The notes under the pieces were generated by a model. The model did not search any database. It was not told the DNA's origin and saw only the letters and a program-made list of their open reading frames with translations. 64,000 bases of DNA from Tubiluchus corallicola. Its lineage: Eukaryota > Animalia > Priapulida. Location of the stretch: assembly GCA_030141605.1 (NCBI GenBank), contig JAQGDQ010000021.1, positions 124,001 to 188,000 of the forward strand, read 5' to 3'. Position 1 is the stretch's first letter; each line of letters begins with the position of its first letter. Position numbers and translations under genes: made by a program. Of this stretch, positions 1-11,306 are shown in pieces.

Positions 1-2816
1 CACCGGCCCTAATTGTTTTTTTAATGCTGGGCTCAAACGGAATTTTGCAGATTCTGTTCGGTCGAATTTTACACGGGTGCAAATAGAGACGATAACTATA
101 TTAGCTGTAACTAAGAGAGACGATAACCAAAGCATGCGATGCCATTCATCGACATGACAAGAAGCGTAACTTCCTAGATAAAAACCACTATACGCATTTT
201 AACTGCTGGTTAGTATTACAGTATTATGCTACTGTGTTTTGTAGGGCGGGCCAAATTACAAGTTTGACATTAACCGTTAGCGCAATTTGGCATTGTTAGG
301 TCAATTCTGATCTGATTTAGCATGGCACTGGACAGGTCTATAATACAAGTGAAATGCATCAAATACACATCTTAATGTATCATAATGTGACCCGGGTCAT
401 GATAAAGATCAAATATCGCTAAAACGTCATGATATAAATGGACATAAAAATGCAAAATTTTACTGACACGCTACAGCACTAAACTGACAATGACAAGAAC
501 ATTTTGTTGTCTAAGTGATAACGTCAGTAGGAAGGCATACACAAAATATTACATGTTATGTAGTTAAAGTTTAACCACTACTCCTGTAACACAAAAAACA
601 TCAGGATTCAATCTAACAACATTAGCTGTGGCAGTTTAGCAACAAATCAGCGGGCTTTTCCCACTGGCTAGACGATTGTTAGGAAGAAAATTATTATAAA
701 ATGTTACAAATTATTTGCATTGTGCAAAAAGGCTGATAATAAAGCCCCAGGCTGTTCTTGTTTTTACTATACAGTGAACATACCAAGGAGATTCAATATA
801 TTGTTTAGTATATTAAACCTCCCTGGAACATACCCACATAATATGGCAATGCAGCAATCTGAATAAAACATTTAGTTCCTAAAACAATAGTTTTTCATGT
901 AAGTTGGTTTTTATGATACAGCAAGCAAAGGACACAATTTAGATTCGAGTGATGCTTGACGAACTAATCTTTTGCATTCATTACAAATGCATTTTTCTTC
1001 TATTTGTGATATCTAAAACCATCGCCCAAGTAAAATAAAATAAATTCATGAAATATATGATTAAGTAACTATAAATGTATTAATGATAAGAGACATTGGA
1101 CTGCATTATTTGAAATTTGACGCATCTCAACTTATATAAAAGGCGTCGACTCAACCGAAAATCTAAACCATATGCACAAAGAAAACTTTATAATTGCAGG
1201 AAAAGCTAATTAAACTACTGTACAACAGAATCATTAATCTTCGAACATGCACTTTTGAAGTCATAATCATGTTATGTAGTTTTAATTTTATGTGTATTAC
1301 TGAGCTATTACGTTGACATACAGCTAAAGTTTGAAGTATGTTGTGATCCTTAAAGTCAATTTACAAGAAAGACATAAAAGACAACAGCAAATAAAAAGGA
1401 CAAAGTAGGCAAAAAGCTGCAGCAAAGGTTTCACTCCTTTAATGTATTAGACTAGGACCATCTAATCCAGGTAAACAGTATCATACCGAATACAATGCAA
1501 AAACAAGAATTGGTGTGCCTCGAAATTATAGTTCATGATGCGAAAATCCATCATAGTTAACACAATTTTGGATCATAGCGGTTCTACATAATAAATAATA
1601 AAACTATATAATTATAAAGCAATTTGAAGTACTTTATAACTCGTGCATATGTCTGTTACATACCACTACTAAGACTGTATTTAGAAATATTTGTCTCAAA
1701 TTGTGTAATAAATTAATGACCACACAGGAAGGGTTGTATGACCACACTCAGAATGTAATAAAATAAGCGCGTGTCCATGCTCTACATCTACTTAACAGAT
1801 AACAAGAACATTGGGCACTTTAATGTACTACCATTATAATGAAATATTATCAAACACCAATTTTAGCTTTTAAAGGTTGAAAGTAAATCAAAATTTGAAA
1901 CAAACCAAATTAAGCAAACAAGTTTAACAATTTTACATAACAAAAATAACAAAAAAAGCTCATTTATAATAAACGATATTAAGTGGTCAAGTAATATACA
2001 GTTAAGCTACACTAACAGATCAAAGTAAGACATGCATGTAATTACATATATATAACAGTCAATATTTTGAAATCACAGTAAGGCTAACGATATCTTAAAA
2101 CTTAGGAAACAATTGCTCAGAACTTAAACCTGTAGATCAGTGTTAATATATTTAATATCAACATTCAGCAATAATATGTTAAGCATGGCCAAAAATTAAC
2201 GCAAGTTATCCAGTATTAATTCATAACATTTACTGACGAGATTCTCCGTGACAAAGCTGTTCAGTATTGAGACAAATGACAAAACTGATTAACTTGTAGT
2301 AATTGTTGATAAACTTTTATTTTATTAAGTGTTTACTAGGAATTTCGCTCAGTTAATAACACCAACTGACTACTCTGCTTGAGGCACGCCACATATTTAC
2401 TTGGCTAACTCGGGAAGACAGCAGCAAGCGCTTGGCATGAATCCAAATGTTTTTCCACGTACAATGTTAGCAGCTATTTATATGCTGAGCCGCCAGCACT
2501 TTCCACTGCCGCCATTTATACATGACGTCATGGCTAGGAATGAATCAACCATGCAGCTGACTGAGCCTATTGACTACGTGTTCAATGCGTGGCCAGCAGC
2601 TGCAACACTGAGCCGAGCCTAGAGCACATGCCCTGGCATATACTGCAGTGGTATGTGGAGTTGCAGGCAAGTGCATATATAATTCCAACAATATTGTGTG
2701 GTAGATGTTACATTTAACTGTTCCCTCGCTGAATGAACAACATAAACATTTGATTAAGTATTTACACATTTTACATGCAGACAATCATTGAGTCTTTAAA
2801 ATTAAATAACAAAAGT

Positions 2817-5800
2817 TCACGAGTCTTTTTCCTTTTTCACTTTAACTTCGTCGCCCAGAATAGTACTGATCTCTCCCTGCATGAAAGCCCACGGTACGTT
2901 AGACCCAACCAGAGGGCACTTTTCACCGCTGGGACAGTATACTTCATTACCTGCCCCTTGCCGTTTGATGCTGTCTCGGGAACAAGGAAAGCAAAATTTG
3001 TGATGAGATATAGAAGGGCATTGGACAAAATGCGTGTCCTCTAGTCGTTCGTGACACAGCGTGCAGGTCAACATTGCACTCAAGCTGCCATTACTGCTGC
3101 TGTTGCTGGTCCCAGAATCTGGAATGCTTCCATCTACGGCAGGTCCACCATTTATCCGCGAGCGTTGAGGAGAATGAGGGCTCCTTCGCATATGTATGGC
3201 ACGCCCATTCATACTGCCAGCACCATCTTTTGGAGATGCCTCTTGGCGGGGAAGATTCTCGGCCACAGACATCAGAGCTGCCATTGGTGACGGTCCAACA
3301 TGGGGAGGTCCAGACGCGCTGGTTTCAGGTGGAGATCGGCTAGTGCTAGCAGGCGGCAAAATTGGACCCACATAACCTGCAAAAGATAAGAATTACTTGC
3401 TTAAGTATTACTGGCTTATTTGTCAACAGGTATAATGTAATTAGGCCAGTAGCTGACACAGTCAAGTGATCACACCCTGCTTTAAGGCAAATGAACTCGG
3501 GCAGCAATTATCATTCTTTACCATCAGAAACCTGTCCGTCAGAACCAACCGGAAAATCTGGAAGTTTGAGTTTATTCCGAATAATTAAATTTGCAATTGT
3601 AAAGAACACAAAGACCATGCAAAGAATATCAATGAGTTAAAGTAAGAGAAATAAAAATGAGGAATAAAGAAGAATTAGAATGACTTGCACGCAGAGTTCT
3701 ACACAAAGCACTATTAAAACAGGGTTTTCTTAAGTTTATAATAGGGTCATTCTATATCAAATCATCTAGTGGTCACAAGGTGACCATTTCAGAATTGCTT
3801 GAAAAAATTCTCAAAAATACCTCGGTACCTATCACGAATACATGCAAAATTTTAGAGCCCAACTGCTTCTAGTTCTGGAGTTCTGGTGTATGCCATTTAT
3901 TTTTACTCGCAAGTGCCCGATTTACGTTTTTAGCATGTTTGAGCTTCTATATCTTAAAAAAATAAATGTGTTATCGTGCTAACAATGTATACTGTGGATA
4001 AACACTACACCTGCGTTTCATGCTGGAAGTGTCAAAATACTTCTACCTTATTTGGTTTTTAAATAATTATGTCATTTCAAAAACTAAAATTTTATCATCA
4101 GAGATTACAAATTATAGATTTTCAGAAGCCACAGCACAGAAACAAAGAATTTGATTATATTACAGGTATGTATTAACCTGGTGACACTTAGTGAATTGCT
4201 ATATTTGCTACGCAAACGAGGGGAGGTCATTTTTCGTCATTAAGTTTTCGGAAGCATTTTTAGGCACTCACAACTTGTTCATCCGTGTAGGTACTCAACT
4301 ACAAATGTAACGATTCACTAGCTTCTTTGTTTCTGTGCTGTGTTTCTGAAAACCTGTAAATTGTAATTTATCATAATAAAATTTGAATTTTCGAAACGAC
4401 ATATCTAAAAAACCAAATAAGATAGAAGCATACTGACACCTCCAGCATGAAACCCAGGTGCAGTTTACCCACAGTACACATATTTAGCTCCATAAAACAT
4501 TTATTTTTTAAAATGTAGAAGCTCAAATATACTAGGAACGTAAATCGGGCACTTACGAGTAAAAATAAATGGTATATACCTTATTTAAAAAAATCAATAA
4601 CTCCAGAAGCAGGAGTTGGGCTCTAAAATTTTGCAAGTATTCATCACGGGCACTGAGGTATTTTGGAGAATTTTCTCAAGCAAATCTGAGATGGTCACTC
4701 GAGTTTTGAAAAATCTGGGTGAATTGACATGGAATGACCCAATAAGAATATTAATTAAAACATAATAATTTAAAATAAACATGATCATAAAGAGTACAGC
4801 TACATTTATTCATCAGTGTTCTTACAAATGTACAAATAAACAATGCCCTTGATGATTCCTACTAGGTTGATAGAAAAAATAAAGAGCAAAAAATATATAT
4901 TCAATCAACCAAATAGACAAAAAAATGATTGGTTATGCACCGACAAAAATTCAATAAAAATCTAAAACAACCAGACAGCCCAGATGAAAAATGATGTTGC
5001 ACAGAATAATTCAGGTAATTAGTTGCACAGAAAAAATGAAAATGAGTTTTAAAGAAGGAAGGGCAGTGATAGCCAAGAGGCATGAAAACTGGTAGCAGCA
5101 TTAATCAACACGGTAATGTGCTCCCACAGATGTCAAATGTGACACAACATTGAAGTTTATGCTCTCGAACGTTATGCTTGTTAGCAACGTCATACTTCAT
5201 GAAACAAACATGAATGCACATAATAGGGCAAACCATGAAAAATTTAAATACTAAAACATGGGAGACTGGAGAGATTTTCAAATTGCTCCATTATGTCTTG
5301 CCAGTCCAACTATAAAGTTAGCGGTTGCACGGACAAAGTGTCTGTAACCAATTATAGCAAATTTTATACACTATAATATATATATATATATACATAATGC
5401 ACTGTCTGACTTACTGGTTAGCACTCACTATAATTCAAAGCAAATTCATGTGACCACGTACTTAAAAATGCTGAATTAGTTTAGCCAATCTGCATACAAT
5501 AAAAGGGTAACTAGTATTGTTTTTTTATGTATAGAAATTTTTCCTATTAGTTCATTTAGAGTTTTATTAACTGTTCTAAGATGGCAGTGATTTGGTAACT
5601 TCTTCTCACTATTCCTACACAAACTGTCTAAAATAGGAAATTTGAAATTTTGTTTAATTTTCTGTGTCATTTATTCATATGGACTAACACATTTTTTAAA
5701 GTCACTGTAAACCAGCAAACCAGCATAAGAGTCCCTGCCATAAAGCAGTCAGCATTACGAAACTCAAGTCACTGGCCTTTCAAGAAAATAAGTTTTCTTA

Positions 5801-6754
5801 TGCTGAAATCGTGTGTAATAATCTAGTTCAAAAGCTGTGTATAACGCAATTCAGCATTCAACAACAGTAACATTGTAAGAGGGAAGGTCACTCTTAACAC
5901 TGACGCGCAGAGGCAGGTATGTTGTGATTATTGATTCAACTGATTCGAATAAAAAAGTAACTGCGTGAAACAATTAGTTTAACTAAAAACAACTGTCATT
6001 GATTAGGCGTGAACTGTAAACAAAAAATGTATTTAAGTTGTATTTAATAAACAAGAGGGATGATAGTTTCAGTTAAAAAAAAATTCGACTCACCTCTATC
6101 GTACGGAAACGCATGTGACCTTGGCGCGTCCTTGATGAATCGCCCAGTTGTGTCCCGATTCTGACCCGGGGTCACTTGTGGTCCGGGGCGATCTGTGTCT
6201 AACATCGGCCGCTTGTGTAATGCATCCGAACTCGGACCGTCGTCATCGACTGTACGTTTCCCTGTAACAATGCTAGCTGGCAAAGAGGTAGGAATCGGAG
6301 GGAGACCATTTATACTGTGTATAGACCGGGGACTGGCCCTAGACTCACCCCCCTCAACGTCTTTAATCGGCGCGCTGATACCAGCCACACTAAGCATCCG
6401 CGGCATGGGGTATTCCATCATGGAACCCCTAATTCGACTGTCAGGTATAGAGTATCGTTCACTAGATAAATGCGGCCCAGGGGGGCCTCGCAACGGTGGC
6501 ATGACGTCACTACTATCGTGTCCCATTCGTGGACCGTTCACTATGGGAGGCTTCATCACTGCACGCGAGTCTTGAAAACCATGGACTCGTTTCATCTGGC
6601 GAGCACCTTCCAAAACTAATTCAATTCTGTCCGCTCCTTCGTAATTTACACATCCGCGACACACAGGTTCAGAAAAATCATGTAACATGGCCCATGGTGT
6701 ACGCGGCAAGTCACATAAATAACAGTGCTGCCTGTGAGTTCGTAACAGCGACAT
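2817..6754 (-). CDS. IRF2BP: Interferon regulatory factor 2-binding protein family member (IRF2BP1/2/L ortholog), 2 exons, ~406 aa
   Basis: Exon 1 6754-6094 encodes the family N-terminal zinc finger ([38 protein letters not shown]) and ends at AG|GTGAGT, phase 1. Exon 2 3376-2817 follows a ttttgcag acceptor, stays in frame (G-YVGP), and contains [13 protein letters not shown] and the C-terminal C3HC4 RING ([37 protein letters not shown]...[29 protein letters not shown]). 661+560 nt = 407 codons including stop. Confidence 0.96.
3522..3557 (-). other. Candidate 36-nt cassette microexon of IRF2BP ([12 protein letters not shown])
   Basis: Minus strand reads acttccag|ATTTTCCGGTTGGTTCTGACGGACAGGTTTCTGATG|gtaaag. 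It is phase 1 at both ends, matching the host intron, and has no stop codon. No transcript evidence is available. Confidence 0.4.
3744..4740. mobile_element. Non-autonomous foldback/MITE DNA transposon with ~400-bp imperfect inverted arms (possibly Sola2-like)
   Basis: Begins GGGTCATTC (3744) and ends GAATGACCC (4740). Arm 3744-~4149 is an imperfect reverse complement of ~4323-4740 (e.g. aaaattttagagcccaact/agttgggctctaaaatttt; gtgcccgatttacgtt/aacgtaaatcgggcac; cacagcacagaaacaaagaa/ttctttgtttctgtgctgtg). AATA flanks both ends, a possible 4-bp TSD. The superfamily call is inference from the GRG termini plus 4-bp TSD. Confidence 0.85.
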
Positions 6755-7200
6755 ATTGACGATATTTGGGAAATAATAAAAGCCTTCTTGTTCGCCTGAG
6801 ATTTTTCTTCACATAATATCCGCTGGAAATACAGCGCAACAAGCTTACACAGACAGAATCAACAACACGTAATGCTCGGGCTAGTCAGCAGACAGGATGC
6901 AATGCACGGCTAGAGCGCATACCATGCGCAGTGGAGTGTAGCCGTGCAATAGCGCGGAGCAAGGCATGATTACAAACAAAGACGCACCGCCAGCACCAAT
7001 GTCAGCGCCTCGAGGTCACTCGAGGATTTTGAACGCTCAAGAACGCCAGTCACTAACCAGCTTGTTGCCCTGGGCGGTTAGCGAAGCGTCCAAGCGTTGC
7101 GTCGATTCGAACCACTGATCTCGAAAGAATTGGTATATTGCCACATAAAGGATTGCTACATTGCTCGGTGAGGCTCGCTACCCCAATGACAAACAATAAT
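6755..7200 (-). promoter_or_regulatory. CpG-rich 5'UTR/promoter region of IRF2BP
   Basis: Visibly GC/CpG-enriched relative to the AT-rich background, immediately upstream of the ATG at 6754. TSS not determinable. Confidence 0.5.
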
Positions 7201-8927
7201 GAGCGCAGACCGTACAACAGCAATTAGGAATTGTGCACTGTTAATGTCCACAAAAATGAAAATGCTGTCTTATAAGTTCACGTTCTTGAAGGTGAAAACA
7301 ACGAGAAGAGCTAATACCAGCCAGACTTCCAAAAGATCACCCACGAAAGAGCAAATTCGCAAGAAATGGTCCATGCCTAGTGACCCATATCCACTTTATC
7401 ATATCCATGCCTAAAGTGACCCATATCAATGACAAAATGCACATAATACCAAAGAAACTATTTGATCTCTTCAGGTGGAACTATGATTCACAATAACATT
7501 ATAAGATGCAATGAATTAATGTAGTAACTGTATTGTGATTTTTATCTGCGTATGTTCTACCGCAAAACAGGTAAACCATAATGTGGGGGTGCACTTGTGA
7601 GGCCTAGTTATTGGTTGACTTTAAATGTTCTAGACAGTGCTTGCATGGTCAATGTGTGCAGCATTGGTGTCATGCTAAAACTGGTCAATCTTAAAACAAT
7701 TCCCGATAAAATTCGGTCGATAAAAACGGGAATTCCCCCGTACTGAACAAGGGGGAACCTCTGTCTCTGTCAGCCCTGAACTCTTGGAACACCTCTGTAA
7801 GTTTAGTAAGCTTATCTTCTTCTATGACCGTTACGACCCTGAAGCAGTGTTTAGAAACGAAACCTGACTCATGAAATATTGCCAAAGAAACAGATATAGA
7901 TGTGACGTCAAATGAGCGCTAATATAGTACGACTTTTCGGAATAACAGATGTGTGCATGTAATTGTTAATCTAATAAATGTTCATCTTGACTCTACACTT
8001 CATGGTTCTAACTATTTTTGAATACATTCAGTAAAAGTAAGTTTGGCTACCAAGCAGGTACAAATCACTTGGAAAAAAACTAAATCAAATTATACGATCA
8101 GAGTGACACTAGTTTACAGTACTGAATGTTTACAATTTTTGAGACTCAAACACCTCATACGTTGCACGGTAAGCTTTTGAGTTGAAGACTTGAATGTTAA
8201 AACAAGACCTCGGGGTTAAGCACCGTCGTTGAACTTTCGAACATTTGTTTGTTTGCATATATTTAACACTACCTGTTCAAACTACGAGTACAATGACGTG
8301 TTAAAGTCACACAAAAGAGTCATTCATACCGAAACTTAGACTTTAATATAACTAAGTAGGTTTGCTTACTAGGCCTCTACCACTTAGAGTTAATACTGTC
8401 CTCACAAGTTTTGTTGATCTTAATAACTGTACTTTTTACGTGATAGTTTCTCTGTGTACACGTATTTATTAATTTACAAATCAATATAATAATAAATAAA
8501 TTATTACCTGTTGCAATAGCTATATGACACGGATACGACTCGTTTGTAGGTCTGATGCTATATTTTTATATAATGTGCCATAAAGTGAGCAGGCATGGAA
8601 CCATAAACATTATAAGAACTACTACCGGAATGCGGTTATACAGCATTACGGTACCCAATATTTGTGGCACCCGTTCCGGAAGTTACCTTATTATCTGTCC
8701 AGATGTTGTGCCGAAATTCCCAAGGAACTCAATAGCATTTTCTTTCAGTAAATAGATAAAATGTTTGTATGACGTCATTCCCGACAGTAGCACACAGACT
8801 CAATTTGTTTGAAGGGTGCCTAATTAGTATAATTAATAAAAAAGAGAATTCTTAGAAGTAAATCGCGACACAAGAAGTTACCAAGTAACACACAGTAACC
8901 AAGAAGTTAAAGGATGACTTCAGAAAC

Positions 8928-8985
8928 ACTACTACTGCTACTGCTACTGCTAGTGCTACTACTACTACTACTACTACTGCTAGTG

Positions 8986-9054
<69 letters not shown>

Positions 9055-9081
9055 TTCATTATTATTATTATTACTACTACT
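8928..9081. repeat. (CTA)n/(TTA)n trinucleotide microsatellite
   Basis: Long actactact run with ctg/gtg variants, followed by attattatt. Confidence 0.95.
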
Positions 9082-11246
9082 AAGGCTGCATAAGGGTAGG
9101 GGACTGGAGTAGGACAATACAAAGCACCTCAGAACAGAATAGAACGCAATACATTTGCAAATTAATAATTAACCAACAGCGATGGCACAAATTTATAATA
9201 TGACTTTACGATAAGCCTTTAAAAAGTGAAGAAAGTGAAAATCTATAACCCAGACAAAATATGCAGCATTAAGAGGGACTTTTCAAGCGACCCTTGCTAA
9301 ATTTCTTTAGAAGGTTTTGCTCTTGACACAGAGCTAACAGCTGTCAATAGAACACATTTTCGCGAAACACTTATTATGGACAGATTAGTAATTAGCATGT
9401 TGTGCTGTTGTTGTTTTCAGCATTTTGGCTTGCGTGTTGCACGCATCAATTCGACAATGCCTGCCGCATGATTAACGACCACAAAGTTTCAACCATCTGA
9501 AATCGTTAAAACCCATTGCGGGTGGCTAATGTAATGGCATGTGACGCGGCAGTTGCGTGCAAAACAACGCCATGCAACGCCATTGTGTCATTACGGCCCG
9601 ATATAATTCGCTCTAAAGCCTTTCTGCTGCTTTCATCATTCTATGTATATAATAACTGTTAATTACTATCATCCACGTAATTTCATTTTACTGTTGACAC
9701 CTAGTATCGAAAGAAAAATAGTCAACAAACCAACTTCGGACTGAACGAGTGGAATCTCTGAATCGCAATTAATTGATAAATCAATCAAGGCAGGCATAAT
9801 TACTGCCCAGCGTGTCTTAAGTGGCAAAGCAATGACTGCGTACGTGACATCAAAGGCAGCTAATGCGAAAAAGTGCCAAGTGACCTTAGAATCGATGTTG
9901 TTTTATACGTGACGGCACAGTTCTACTGAGAGGAGTGCAGCCAGTGGAAAAGAGCCCAACGGATCCAGAAACTAGTAAATTGGAGAGCTTTTTTACTGAT
10001 AGCTTTAATAGGAGCGGCATAACCAGTTAAAATAAAACGAGGTTGCAAAATCAATTGACTTAGTAGTTTTTGGGCTTACAATGGGGAAAGGCATGAAATA
10101 GGGCCTGGGCCTACGAATCAATTTCACACTGTCACAGTTTCATCCTCTTGGCATGTTGTACATGTGCAAGTCCACCCTATTAGAAAAATAATTCTTGGGT
10201 TCAGGAAATGTTGCTGTCACTCAGTGATAAAGTAAGCCCAAACAAATTGGCTTTGAAATCATTTATGGAAAAATCTATTTGTGAATTAATCATTTAAAAA
10301 ATGCCAAGGCTGATGTGAGACTGAAAGCGCTGGAGATACAAAATTCATAATCAATAGTTTATGGCATGTTTAGCGATTTCTTCAGTTATAGATTGCTTTA
10401 TCATGAATTGCTTCATGAATAGTTTCAAAATCGATACTAGCACAAATATTTTGCTATACTCAAAATCGATCAGTACATGTATCTTTTACCCAATTTTTTC
10501 CTTGTTTAACGAATGGCGTCTAACTTAAAACGTGCTTCTGAAATTCGTTTCTTATTAATTAGTAATCGATAATTGGTTAGTAACTGGTTGCCAAGTGATC
10601 TGTAATAAACTCCAAAGGAATGATACACCAAAAAACTATACATAATAGACCCTAGACCCCTCGCTTTGTTCTGATACGAGGTAAAATGGAGTTTGGCGAC
10701 TGCAGAAGGAATAAATGAATATAATTATTGCACGACAAATTTAAAGAATCTTAATGAGCATAAACGTTGTTTTCCACTCAAGGCCGTAAAACTATAGGCG
10801 TATTAATTACAGCCCGACGTACGTGACAAAAGGCCACCTATCGTCACGAACCGCTCGCTTATTTCACGAAATCCATCTGGACGTGACGCACGGCGAAGTT
10901 TGATATATATACGCTCTTGTGTAATTCATACTGTTGTCAAGTAGTGAGCGAGCAGGCACGCGCCGACAACAATTAATGTTACTGAAACTGTGGCAAAAAA
11001 TTCACCGAGTGCTATCTATGCATGAAGTTATAAGATTACTAGTTTGAAGTTCATACGTTCGTTCATACTATCTCCCTTTCCATTAGACAGCCCCCTATCT
11101 CGACGGCCTTCTTCCCTGTTTACTGTTGGATAGCCTGTCTGACTGCATCTCTTCTGCTGCAGGCTATCTGATTGAACGTTTGCAGTTGTGAACTTTGTCA
11201 CTTTGCCTCCCTTATTGATAAAATAAATTTATATCTTTTTATAGAC

Positions 11247-11250
<4 letters not shown>

Positions 11251-11304
<54 letters not shown>
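11251..11304. repeat. (TC)n microsatellite
   Basis: Uninterrupted TC dinucleotide run. Confidence 0.97.

Positions 11305-11306
<2 letters not shown>

Noticed and set aside
6195-6759. Plus-strand ORFs antisense to IRF2BP exon 1 (likewise 2775-3343 and 57160-58249)
   Set aside because: Shadow ORFs opposite real coding sequence, with no recognisable motifs.
7691-7885. Protein-looking 64-aa minus-strand ORF (EEDKLTKLTEVFQEFRA)
   Set aside because: Non-ATG start, no family recognised, and no phase-linked neighbouring exons found. It cannot be supported without a search.
8907-9122. Poly-Ser ORF
   Set aside because: Translation of the (CTA)n microsatellite.
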